Part shown: positions 8,999 through 18,439 of the stretch, piece by piece
Layout of the letters: every line of letters begins with the position of its first letter
How positions within the stretch are numbered: the stretch's first letter is position 1
NCBI GenBank assembly: GCA_048938445.1
Contig: JBHLME010000010.1
Location: 1 to 47,097 of the forward strand
DNA length: 47,097 bases
Direction: 5' to 3'
From: Promethearchaeota archaeon
GTDB lineage: Archaea; Asgardarchaeota; Lokiarchaeia; Sigyniarchaeales; SOKP01
Notes under the pieces: model-generated
Seen by the model: only the letters and a program-made list of their open reading frames with translations
Database searches by the model: none
Told to the model about the DNA's origin: nothing
Program-made: the position numbers and the translations under genes

Positions 8999-10909
8999 AT
9001 GGTTGAAAAAAATATTAATTCAATTGGACAAGTTTTTACTCCAGATTACATCGCTGAATTTATGGTAAAGAACGCCTTAAATTTCATCCCTAATAAAAAG
9101 TTAAAAGTTTTGGAACCATCAGTAGGAGAGGGTGTATTCTTAAAATATTTAATCCAATATAATATCATAGATATAACTGCTTATGAAATAGATTATAAAT
9201 TAGGTCTTAAACTTTCACTGGAATATCCCAATGTGCTTTTTAAATTTGAAAATTTTTTAAGTGCAGATAGTTCTGAAAAGTTTGATCTAATCATTGGTAA
9301 TCCTCCATATTTAGGACAAAACTATAATGCTGAGATATTCCAAGAATATGTAAAACAATTTCCCATATGTGCTAAATATTTTGTTGGAAATATGGATTTG
9401 TTTTATTTTTTTATCCACCAAGCAATAACAATGCTCAAACCAAGTGGAATACTTTCATTTATCACGACAAACTATTGGATTACAAAATCTAAAAAAACTG
9501 GAATAAAATTATTGAAACCCCACATATTAGAAGAATGTTTCTTACTCCAATATATCGACTTATCAGATTTAAAGTTATTTAAAAATGCTAAAGGACAACA
9601 TAACTGCATTTTTATCCTTGAAAAAAAAACTCTTGAAGAAAAAAGCAAGAATGTGAATAAAAATATAGACATAATCAAAGTATTTAGTAATCATAGGATT
9701 GATACCAATGATCAAGATTCAAATAAAGAAATTTTTCGAGATTTACTTGAAGAAAATTGCTCTAACAATGTAGTTCACTATGAATCTGCTTTGACGAACA
9801 ATGAATTGAGTCGATTGGGTAACTGGAATTTACTTAATCCTGAGGATGTAAAAAATATGGTTAACAAACTCGAAAAATTCTGCATTAAAAATGGAAAAAT
9901 CCAATACCTGAAAGATTATTTTCTTATTCGAAATGGTATTATTTTCATACAAGATGATATTTTCATATTAAAAAATGATGAAAATCTACAGATTAAAGGT
10001 AAAGAATTCTTTGTTAGAATAGATAATCAATACTATAAACTTTCTGAAAATGAAAAAAAAAGATTGAAAAAAATTTATAAGAGCAAGGCCATAAAACCAT
10101 TTGGACTGAATAAAAATGATTACGTAGGATATGGGATATTCTTTAATAAAAAGGAATTTAATCAATTTAAACCAGAAATTAGAAACGAGAAATATCAAGA
10201 GAAGTACCCAATTCTAACAGCATATTTAAAACAATTTGAAGAAATTTTAAATAACATACTAATAAATGCTAAGGAAAATCCTTTAGATTTGTTTTTCCCA
10301 AGAAGGGGCGCCTTTATCAAGTATAAAAGTGAGAATTCCCTTGAAAAAATTATCGATGTAGAACCATTATATGAAAATGCCCCAAAAATCTTTTTCAAGT
10401 TTATTTCTTCTAAAAATCTTTTTGGATTTTCTAATGGCCCCTATTATGCAACATCAGATACATACTTTCTTTGGTCTAAAGTCCCAGCTAAAAAACTTGA
10501 TTATCCTTTCCTTCTAGCTTATTTAAACTCAAAAATAGTAGATTTCTTATTTAAAGCAAAAAACATTACTATTAAAAGAAGTAAAACAAAACTCGAATAT
10601 GGATTACCAATACCAAATTTGGACCTATTTAATTCTGAAGAAGAGTTATCAATATTGACAATAATAAGAGTTCTTTCAAATTACTTAATATATCTAGATA
10701 ATATAGATTTTAATGTAGAAACTATTAGAACATTAACAGCTTTACCCAATATCTTGGAAATAGATTATGAAAACTTAAAAATTCAGCTTATTTATGCTAT
10801 CAAAAATAAAGATAGGAATTTTATTGTTAAAATCATTGACCTACTCTTTTTTCATTTGTTTAAGTTAGACCAAAGTAAAATTAATTATCTCGAAAAAAAG
10901 TATTACTAA
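8999..10909 (+). CDS. N6-adenine DNA methyltransferase (gamma class, TaqI/Eco57I-like)
   Basis: GQVFTP motif X, VLEPSVGEG motif I, IIGNPPY motif IV, C-terminal TRD-like region ending in LLAYLNS. Confidence 0.9.
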   Translation: MVEKNINSIGQVFTPDYIAEFMVKNALNFIPNKKLKVLEPSVGEGVFLKYLIQYNIIDITAYEIDYKLGLKLSLEYPNVLFKFENFLSADSSEKFDLIIGNPPYLGQNYNAEIFQEYVKQFPICAKYFVGNMDLFYFFIHQAITMLKPSGILSFITTNYWITKSKKTGIKLLKPHILEECFLLQYIDLSDLKLFKNAKGQHNCIFILEKKTLEEKSKNVNKNIDIIKVFSNHRIDTNDQDSNKEIFRDLLEENCSNNVVHYESALTNNELSRLGNWNLLNPEDVKNMVNKLEKFCIKNGKIQYLKDYFLIRNGIIFIQDDIFILKNDENLQIKGKEFFVRIDNQYYKLSENEKKRLKKIYKSKAIKPFGLNKNDYVGYGIFFNKKEFNQFKPEIRNEKYQEKYPILTAYLKQFEEILNNILINAKENPLDLFFPRRGAFIKYKSENSLEKIIDVEPLYENAPKIFFKFISSKNLFGFSNGPYYATSDTYFLWSKVPAKKLDYPFLLAYLNSKIVDFLFKAKNITIKRSKTKLEYGLPIPNLDLFNSEEELSILTIIRVLSNYLIYLDNIDFNVETIRTLTALPNILEIDYENLKIQLIYAIKNKDRNFIVKIIDLLFFHLFKLDQSKINYLEKKYY

Positions 10910-10943
10910 AATATTTTTCCTTTGTAATCATATACTACATAAG

Positions 10944-11993
10944 ATGTTTCCAAAGTATGATGATGTGGGAAGTTTTCCCTTACCAAATAACATTGACAGA
11001 GAAGCTTTTAAGCAATTTTATTGGACGGCTTATAAAGGGCTTGTGAATAAATCAGATATATTTGGACATAGGGGAATTAATAACTATTTCATTCAACCTT
11101 TTCTAAACTCTTTCAAGCTAAAGTTAAAAGCAGGAGTTGAGATAATTAATTTTCCTCAACAAATGGATATTTATAACCAATTTTTAAAACCTATTAGTGA
11201 TTATGAAATAGAACCCGGTTTGATTTCACCTGACAAAGCATATATCCTTGAAATGATTGTGCTGAGCAATTATGCAAGAGAATACTATGAAACAGAAAAA
11301 AAACCACTTGAAGTTAAGATGTGCATTACTGGACCATTAGAATTATATCTTAAGAATCATGGTTTTACCATTTACGTAGATATGGCCTTGAATTATGCAA
11401 GATCTATTAATAGTTATCTTAAAAATTCCATCATCAACAACGAATATATAAAAACTCCATTAATATCTATCGATGAGCCCTCACTTGGTTATGTTGATAT
11501 GGCTAATGTAAGCAATGATGAAATTATTCAAATTTTTGATAAATCTTTAGAGGGAATAAACTCAACCTCTCAAATCCATCTCCACACGTTAAATCTTGCT
11601 TCAGTGGCTTTACAAACGAGCAATATAGATGTATTGACATGCGAATATGCTTCAGATAAAACCAACAAAATACCAAAAAAAGAATTAGATCAATATGATA
11701 AATTTATGCGAGTTGGTATTACAAGGACTAATATAAATAGCATTATGGCTGAAGCATTAGATTCGGGAATGGATTATGATAAAATAAATACTTACGAAGG
11801 TACAATGAGTTTAATAGATTCAGAAGAAAGAATTGAAAAAAACCTGAAAGATGCTCTAAATCATTATGGAGATCGTTTAAAATATGTAGGGCCTGATTGT
11901 GGAGTGGCGAGTTGGGCTCCACCCCAAATTGCTTTTGAATTACTTAGTAGAACAGGGAAAGTTATTCAACATGTTAAGGAAACTTCTCATTAA
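10944..11993 (+). CDS. Single-domain (core) cobalamin-independent methionine synthase family protein
   Basis: DDVGSFP start, ITGP, ISIDEP, HLH...E and GPDCG metal-site motifs of the MetE catalytic barrel. Confidence 0.75.
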   Translation: MFPKYDDVGSFPLPNNIDREAFKQFYWTAYKGLVNKSDIFGHRGINNYFIQPFLNSFKLKLKAGVEIINFPQQMDIYNQFLKPISDYEIEPGLISPDKAYILEMIVLSNYAREYYETEKKPLEVKMCITGPLELYLKNHGFTIYVDMALNYARSINSYLKNSIINNEYIKTPLISIDEPSLGYVDMANVSNDEIIQIFDKSLEGINSTSQIHLHTLNLASVALQTSNIDVLTCEYASDKTNKIPKKELDQYDKFMRVGITRTNINSIMAEALDSGMDYDKINTYEGTMSLIDSEERIEKNLKDALNHYGDRLKYVGPDCGVASWAPPQIAFELLSRTGKVIQHVKETSH

Positions 11994-12031
11994 TTTTTCT
12001 ATTTTTACTCTTATTTTTTAAAAACGATAAA

Positions 12032-12065
12032 TTTTTAAGGATAGAATGTCAACTAATTATTGACA
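12032..12065 (+). promoter_or_regulatory. TATA box plus inverted-repeat operator upstream of hsp20-cdc48 operon
   Basis: TTTTTAAG at 12032-12039 after purine-rich BRE; TGTCAA-N7-TTGACA at 12047-12065. Confidence 0.6.
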
Positions 12066-12094
12066 AAAGAAGTTTTACAGAATATAAATTAAAT

Positions 12095-12709
12095 TTGGTG
12101 AGTATAATGTCTGATGATATTGATGATTTTGTGAATAAAGTGAGGAGATTTTTTAATATAGATACAGATAAATTTGATATGGATGTTTTTGTACTTCCTG
12201 AACCATTTAAAGAGCATTTAGATTATAATGATCCTAAGAAAGCCTTTAAAGTGTCCTATCATTATGAAAAAGGAATGGATAAGCCAGAAATAAAAATAGA
12301 TAGTAATATTGATGAAAAAAAGCTACATGAATATTTAAAAAAGTACAATTATATGAATAAAGCTGGAATCAATGGCCCTATCCCTTCTAACTTAAATAGT
12401 GAAATTAATGCTGAGGACCTAATGCTTGGAGATTATAAAATAGTAACTCCTCTAGAAATTAATGAACCATATACGGAAATAAATGATTTTGATGACTTTA
12501 CCGAAATTATTTTAGAAATTCCTGGAGTTAAAGAAGGAGATGTTTCAATTAACTATAATGAAGATGGTAATTTGCTAACAATTTGTATTCAAAATGAAGA
12601 GAAAAGTATTCTCAAAGATGTACCTATACCATTTAAGTGCTCTAAAGATTATACTTCAATAGAAATAAACAATGGAATAATAATTTTAAAAGTAAGGAGA
12701 AGTGAATAA
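12095..12709 (+). CDS. hsp20: Small heat shock protein (Hsp20/alpha-crystallin); start may be ATG 12107
   Basis: C-terminal EPYTEI..IILEIPGVKEGDV...INNGIIILKV alpha-crystallin domain; adjacent to cdc48. Confidence 0.75.
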   Translation: MVSIMSDDIDDFVNKVRRFFNIDTDKFDMDVFVLPEPFKEHLDYNDPKKAFKVSYHYEKGMDKPEIKIDSNIDEKKLHEYLKKYNYMNKAGINGPIPSNLNSEINAEDLMLGDYKIVTPLEINEPYTEINDFDDFTEIILEIPGVKEGDVSINYNEDGNLLTICIQNEEKSILKDVPIPFKCSKDYTSIEINNGIIILKVRRSE

Positions 12710-12790
12710 TTAAATACAAGATATTACATTAGAAATAATATAAAAAAGAAAGTTTTTCTTTAAATAATCCTTGAAAAATAGAGATATAAA

Positions 12791-15007
12791 ATGATGGCGG
12801 AAGATAAAGGTGGAATAAAGAGCCGAAAAGTAAGAGTAAAAGATGCTCTTAAAGAAGATGCTGGAAGGGGAAGGATAAGAATTGATCCGAACGTGATAAA
12901 TGATCTAAATTTAAAAAATGGAGATGTTATACAGATTGTTCACCCCATTTTAAAAAAAGATACAGCTGCGTTATTATATCCGGGAAAATCTGAGGACGTA
13001 GGATCAAACACCATACGAATTGACCAATCTCTCCGGAGAAATTTAGGAGCATCGCTTGATGATATCGTGGAAATACGCAAGATTAAAGCAAGTGAAGCTA
13101 CAAAAATAACTTTTGCAGGATTGGAAGAAACAGTAATCGTGAGAAATACCCAACAATTAGCGCAAAAATTAGAAAATAGGGTAATTACTAAGGATGACAT
13201 ATTAAGTTTTTATGCCATGGGTCGAAGAGTTGACCTTATAGTTGTTGACTATTTCCCAAAAGCTGAAGCAGTTAGGATTCTTTCCACTACTAAAATATAT
13301 CTTTCAGAAAAGAGTCATAGGGAAATTAAAGAATTAGAAAAATCAAGAGTTACTTATGAGGATATCGGAGGTTTAGCCGAAGAAATCCAAAAAATTCGGG
13401 AAATGATCGAGCTTCCTATAAGACACCCTGAATTATTTAAAAGAATCGGCATAGATCCTCCTAAAGGAGTTTTATTACATGGTCCTCCAGGAACGGGTAA
13501 AACTTTATTAGCAAGAGCAGTTGCTTATGAAACTGATGCTCATTTTATAACTATTAGTGGTCCAGAAATAATGAGCAAGTTTTATGGTCAAAGTGAAGAA
13601 AATTTACGTAAAAAATTTGAAGAAGCAAAAGAAAGAGCGCCATCAATCATTTTTATAGATGAATTAGATTCAATTGCCCCTAAAAGGGGAGAAGTAACAG
13701 GTGAAGTCGAGCGAAGAGTTGTAGCGCAATTACTTTCCTTGATGGATGGATTAGAAGGAAGGGGTGAAATAATCGTGATAGGTGCAACCAATAGAGTTAA
13801 CGATATTGATGCTGCTTTAAGAAGACCTGGACGATTTGACCGAGAAATTGAAATAGGGGTTCCCGATACTGATGGAAGATATGAAATATTGTTGATTCAT
13901 ACCAGAGGAATGCCATTGTATAAAGATGTTGTTCTTCAAACAATTGCCGAAAAAACTCACGGTTTTGTAGGTGCCGATGTTGAAGCACTAGCAAAAGAAG
14001 CAGCCATGCTCTCAATTCGAGAAATCTTACCCCATATTGACCTAGATAAACCAATTCCCGCTGAAGTTTTAAGCGATATTCAGATAAAAATGGCCCATTT
14101 TCAATCTGCATTAAGCAATATAGAGCCTTCCGCTTTAAGAGAAGTTTTAATAACCCAACCAACTGAAACTTGGGATGATGTTGGTGGTCTTGAAGAAGCT
14201 AAACAACAACTTAGAGAAGTAATTGAATGGCCCTTAAAATATCCAGATTTATATAAACATTTAAATTCAAATCCACCGAATGGGATTTTACTATATGGTC
14301 CTCCTGGAACGGGTAAAACACTAATAGCAAAAGCATTGGCTCATGAAAGCGAAATTAACTTCATTTCTGTTAAGGGTCCAGAATTTTTATCAAAATGGGT
14401 AGGTGAGAGCGAAAAGGCAGTAAGAGAAACATTCAGAAAAGCAAGAGCAGCATCACCTTGCATAATATTCTTTGATGAAATTGATGCTATTGCAGGACTG
14501 AGGGGTGCACATGCAGGATCCCAAGTCACGGAGCAAGTGGTCTCACAATTATTGACAGAAATGGATGGTTTGGAAGGATTAAAGGACGTTATCTTGTTAG
14601 CGGCAACCAATCGACCTGATATGCTTGATCCTGCTTTATTAAGATCGGGAAGATTTGGCAGACATGTAGAAATTCCATTGCCAGATAAGGAATCTAGAGA
14701 ATTAATTTTTAAAATTCATTTTAAAAATAGACCTATGCACAATGAAGTAAAATTTGAAAAATTAGCTGAAGAATTAGATGGTTATACAGGAGCTGATATA
14801 GAAGCTATTGCGGAAGAAGCAACCTTATTGACAATTCGAGATGCGGTTGCCAATCCATCTATAGATACATCAGATCCTGAATCAGTTAAAGATGTAAAAA
14901 TTACAAAGGAATCAATAGATAAATCAATTAGTAAAATAAAAGGAACTGCTGACAGGGCAATGAAGGCGATTAAGCGAACGGAATCGGTAGAGGATCTCTA
15001 TCGATAA
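12791..15007 (+). CDS. cdc48: CDC48/VAT family AAA+ ATPase
   Basis: N domain, two AAA modules each with GPPGTGKT Walker A and FIDE/FFDE Walker B, SRH motifs; C-terminal LYR HbYX-type tail. Confidence 0.97.
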   Translation: MMAEDKGGIKSRKVRVKDALKEDAGRGRIRIDPNVINDLNLKNGDVIQIVHPILKKDTAALLYPGKSEDVGSNTIRIDQSLRRNLGASLDDIVEIRKIKASEATKITFAGLEETVIVRNTQQLAQKLENRVITKDDILSFYAMGRRVDLIVVDYFPKAEAVRILSTTKIYLSEKSHREIKELEKSRVTYEDIGGLAEEIQKIREMIELPIRHPELFKRIGIDPPKGVLLHGPPGTGKTLLARAVAYETDAHFITISGPEIMSKFYGQSEENLRKKFEEAKERAPSIIFIDELDSIAPKRGEVTGEVERRVVAQLLSLMDGLEGRGEIIVIGATNRVNDIDAALRRPGRFDREIEIGVPDTDGRYEILLIHTRGMPLYKDVVLQTIAEKTHGFVGADVEALAKEAAMLSIREILPHIDLDKPIPAEVLSDIQIKMAHFQSALSNIEPSALREVLITQPTETWDDVGGLEEAKQQLREVIEWPLKYPDLYKHLNSNPPNGILLYGPPGTGKTLIAKALAHESEINFISVKGPEFLSKWVGESEKAVRETFRKARAASPCIIFFDEIDAIAGLRGAHAGSQVTEQVVSQLLTEMDGLEGLKDVILLAATNRPDMLDPALLRSGRFGRHVEIPLPDKESRELIFKIHFKNRPMHNEVKFEKLAEELDGYTGADIEAIAEEATLLTIRDAVANPSIDTSDPESVKDVKITKESIDKSISKIKGTADRAMKAIKRTESVEDLYR

Positions 15008-15051
15008 AAAAAGTCTGATATTAAATATAATAATAAAAAAGGTGATAAGTA

Positions 15052-15852
15052 TTGTCTAGACCTAATCAAATTGAAGCTATTAATTCAGATCTCTTGTTAG
15101 ACATCTTGGGAAATCAAAATAAGAGGATGATCCTCGCAAAACTTACAAAAGTACCTCATTCTGCTTCAGAATTGGCTCAAGATCTTAATATTTCTAGACA
15201 AGCTGTCCATGTTCAATTAAAATCTCTCGAGGAAACCGGAATAATTGAAAAGATAGGTGATAGTGGAAAGTATCGAATAAACATGAATTTCTCGATTACT
15301 GTAGACATCTCACCGAACTATTTTAACATAAAATATAATACTTCCAAAACTCAAAGTAAACCAATGCCAATTGAGCTTAAAAGCACCGAGTATTCTAGTG
15401 ATTATAAGACTATAAAAGCACCCGATAAAAAGATTAAATTCCTAGGAAAAAAAATTCAAGACATAGAATCAAATATAAATGCATTAGAAAGGGAAAGGAA
15501 AGAATTACTGACGAAAAAGGAATGCTGTATCGTTGAACTTAAAAATATAATGGAAAATAAATACAAGAAGGACCTTATCGATACAATAAGACAAAGAAGA
15601 ACTAAGGAAAGGCTTGTAAAGCAAAGTCTTAATTTAGGGGAGGAAATCTTATTTACTTTATTTTTTAATCCAGAAAAATATCTCGAAATTGAAAGAATAA
15701 AATTAGATACTCTGCTTGATGATTTATTTGCGGATATGGATAGTGATTTAAGGAATGTTAAAAGAGTTTCAGTACAACCTTTATTAAGAGATTTGTCAAA
15801 ATTATTAGACATAATTCATGAAGAAGATGATGATTGGTTTTTTAGGTTTTAA
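15052..15852 (+). CDS. ArsR-family winged-HTH regulator with coiled coil, Phr/HSR1-like heat-shock regulator
   Basis: LLDILGNQNKRMIL..ASELAQDLNISRQAVHVQLKSLEETGII; then beta-hairpin and coiled coil; hsp20/cdc48 context as for Archaeoglobus HSR1; TTG start with GGTGA SD. Confidence 0.75.
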   Translation: MSRPNQIEAINSDLLLDILGNQNKRMILAKLTKVPHSASELAQDLNISRQAVHVQLKSLEETGIIEKIGDSGKYRINMNFSITVDISPNYFNIKYNTSKTQSKPMPIELKSTEYSSDYKTIKAPDKKIKFLGKKIQDIESNINALERERKELLTKKECCIVELKNIMENKYKKDLIDTIRQRRTKERLVKQSLNLGEEILFTLFFNPEKYLEIERIKLDTLLDDLFADMDSDLRNVKRVSVQPLLRDLSKLLDIIHEEDDDWFFRF

Positions 15853-15901
15853 TCAAAATAACAAAAATTTTAATTATTTATTTTATTAAGGAGGAAAATT
15901 T

Positions 15902-16399
15902 TTGGAACTTAATACGTTTAAAAAAGAAATACCCGATATTTTCGAACAAGTTAAGAAAGATGTAAAAAAAGTTTTAGGGCGTCGAAGAGCAGGATTGAGT
16001 TTGGGGCTTGTAGAAATGGGGATGACACCTAAAGGATTTATTGGAGCGTACCATGTTGCCCCAGGCCATCAAATTATAATGAACAAGACACCCTTAAAAA
16101 TTATTCTAGAAGAACAATCTTATTTAATTGTCAAGGCATATACATACCATGTTCTCTTACATGAATACATCCATTCATTAGGCATTTTAGATGAACAGAA
16201 ATGTCGTGCAATTACACTCAAGATAAGTGAAGCAATTTTTGATGGAGAAGATCCAGCAATTATCTTAGCTAAGAAAGGTATAGGTGCTTATTTTCCAAAT
16301 TTAAATGTTATATATGCTCCTCCCGATTTAACACCTCACGGCTTATCAGTTGAATATGTTTCTGGATTTGATAAAGAAAGTCAATCTTATTTCTCATGA
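15902..16399 (+). CDS. Small zinc metallopeptidase-like protein (HEXXH)
   Basis: VLLHEYIHSLG..DE motif; AGGAGG SD before TTG. Confidence 0.6.
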   Translation: MELNTFKKEIPDIFEQVKKDVKKVLGRRRAGLSLGLVEMGMTPKGFIGAYHVAPGHQIIMNKTPLKIILEEQSYLIVKAYTYHVLLHEYIHSLGILDEQKCRAITLKISEAIFDGEDPAIILAKKGIGAYFPNLNVIYAPPDLTPHGLSVEYVSGFDKESQSYFS

Positions 16400-16492
16400 A
16401 TACATGTTCGACTAAATTTTTTTAAGGTTTCAATTATAATTAAAAAATATAATCTATTAGATAATTTAGATTTGTAAAAAGGTAAGTGTATC

Positions 16493-17563
16493 ATTTCAAA
16501 TAGTACAGCTAATGATAAGAACCAAGAGGAAAAAAAAGAAGAAATTCAAAAGGACTTAGAAGTAATTCCCAATCAATTTATTCTCAAGTGGAACTATAAG
16601 GATACAGAAAAAAAACTTACCTATGATATAAAGAAATGCATTGGTTGTAGTTTTTGCAAACTTGTTTGCCCCGTCAATGCGATTGAACTTGGTCCAATTC
16701 CGGAAATTGCTCAAGGAATATTGGATGAAAGTAATCCCAAACTCATTATTGATCATAAAAAGTGTAATATGTGTTTATTATGTGCATGTGTTTGTCCCAA
16801 TGACGCTTTCCATGAAAATATTCAACCTGAAGGGCAAATTAATTTAGATGAATATCCATCCATTGGTAAATTTTATAAAATAGATATGGAAAAATGCATT
16901 GAGGATAAAGATAATGAAATATGCCAATTGTGCTTGAAAGTTAGGGATAGAAATAATGTTCGAGATTATTATAAAATTCAAAACGAATGTCCTACAAAAT
17001 GCTTCTTTATAGCTTCTCCAATAGAGGGGAATGTAATCATCAAGAAAAGCAAGCTCCATAAATGTGATCCTACAGGATGTAAAGCCTGCGTCTTAATATG
17101 TCCAACAGAATCATTTTTCATTCCAGAAAGCGCTGAAGATGTTAAAAAATATGGAAAAATCGCGTGTAATGAAGATGCTTGCTTTTATTGTGGTGCTTGT
17201 GAAAATTCTTGTCCCGATGATCTTATTTATGTTGAAAGAAAAGATATTTCGATAAATGAACCAAAAATTCAGGGAAAATATCCTTGGATCTTGGGTTGGA
17301 TTAATAATATTAAAGAAATTCTAAGAAAAAGACTCATTCAAGGAAAAGAACCTATAAAAATTCCTATAATAATACAAGAAGTAAAGGAGGTTAAAGAGTA
17401 TATAGAAGAGCAAGTTCCTCAGTTATCTGAGGAAGATAAAAAAAAATTAAATGAATTGAATGAAAAAGTTCAAACTCTTTTAAAATCTTCGAAAATTAGA
17501 TATTGGATCAAGGATAAAAAAGTAAGTAATCTCACTAAAGAATTAAGAAAGGCAATTGGTTAA
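16493..17563 (+). CDS. Polyferredoxin (FwdF-like); start extended to a putative ATT
   Basis: Several CxxCxxCxxxCP motifs; the frame stays open upstream of TTG 16721 to a stop at 16475-16477 and contains a further CIGCSFCKLVCP motif. Confidence 0.8.
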   Translation: MSNSTANDKNQEEKKEEIQKDLEVIPNQFILKWNYKDTEKKLTYDIKKCIGCSFCKLVCPVNAIELGPIPEIAQGILDESNPKLIIDHKKCNMCLLCACVCPNDAFHENIQPEGQINLDEYPSIGKFYKIDMEKCIEDKDNEICQLCLKVRDRNNVRDYYKIQNECPTKCFFIASPIEGNVIIKKSKLHKCDPTGCKACVLICPTESFFIPESAEDVKKYGKIACNEDACFYCGACENSCPDDLIYVERKDISINEPKIQGKYPWILGWINNIKEILRKRLIQGKEPIKIPIIIQEVKEVKEYIEEQVPQLSEEDKKKLNELNEKVQTLLKSSKIRYWIKDKKVSNLTKELRKAIG

Positions 17564-17703
17564 TGACTTTTGGATAAGGGTTTTCCTTAATATAGTACTT
17601 AATTTTAATATTTCTTATTTGATGATCTAATAAATTTTAAAACAATTCTTTTACTTGAAGATTTATTAAAACAATTTAACTTTAAAAAAAAAAAAACAAA
17701 AAG

Positions 17704-18237
17704 ATGAAATTAGGGAAATTATCAAAATGGCCAAATCCTAAAAAACTCCGGTATTTACTTATTTTTAGCCTTATAATATTAGTTATAGTTTATCCTATAA
17801 TGATAATCTTCTTTATTTTATCAGGATATCCTGTGGACTTTTTTAGTAGTCAGTTATCATTTAATGGACAATTATTAAAAGTTCATTATCAAGTCACTAA
17901 CATAGATTTGTACAGAGTCTTTCAAATCTTAGATTTCGGATTTATGATCTCATATGGAAGTTTAATATTTTATTTTGCTTTAAGTATCTGTCGAAAGTTT
18001 GACACGGATTCAATTTGGAGAAAAATGGGCTATATCGTTGCGCTCTTAGGAATTATATCTGCTTGTTGTGATGCTATAGAAAATATATTTATACTTGCTA
18101 TGCTTATTGATCCTGTTGGATTTCCGGATATATGGGCTATTGTACATTCAATTTTTGCCCTTATAAAATATATCCTATTACTATCGAGTATCTTATGGAT
18201 AATTATTGGTTATATAACTTCAAAACTAAAAAAGTAA
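17704..18237 (+). CDS. Hypothetical integral membrane protein (about 4 TM)
   Basis: Four hydrophobic segments; LDFGF and DAIEN polar motifs. Confidence 0.7.
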   Translation: MKLGKLSKWPNPKKLRYLLIFSLIILVIVYPIMIIFFILSGYPVDFFSSQLSFNGQLLKVHYQVTNIDLYRVFQILDFGFMISYGSLIFYFALSICRKFDTDSIWRKMGYIVALLGIISACCDAIENIFILAMLIDPVGFPDIWAIVHSIFALIKYILLLSSILWIIIGYITSKLKK

Positions 18238-18248
18238 TAATTTCAAGA

Positions 18249-18351
18249 TGGGAGGAGAGGGATTTGAACCCCCGGCCCCTTGGTCCCAAACCAAGAATGG
18301 ACGCTATAAAGGTAATCTTTATAGTATCATACCAGGCTAGACCACCCTCCC
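18249..18351 (-). tRNA. tRNA-Pro(TGG) with about 29-nt intron in the D-stem 3' strand region
   Basis: Minus strand: acceptor GGGAGGG/TCCTCCC+A, D loop AGCCTGGTA, anticodon arm CTTGG-TTTGGGA-CCAAG, T arm GGGGG-TTCAAAT-CCCTC; removing 18297-18325 gives a 74-nt cloverleaf. Confidence 0.93.
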
Positions 18352-18439
18352 GATACTTAGGGTATTTTCTTGTTATTTTTCGAAACTAAATAAAACAAGA
18401 TGATATGTAGTATATTTGATAGAAAATTAAAAAATTTTA

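Noticed and set aside
17684-17696. A13 tract before a membrane protein gene (also T12 at 19952-19963 in the kinase) as phase-variation sites
   Set aside because: Homopolymers are expected at this AT content and the frames are intact
8999-18351. Possible integrated element ending at the tRNA-Pro 3' end, including the DNA methyltransferase
   Set aside because: No integrase or transposase and no duplicated tRNA 3' end seen; the genes are housekeeping
18132-18389. 85-aa ORF on + strand
   Set aside because: It is the antisense of the tRNA-Pro gene and overlaps the end of the membrane protein gene
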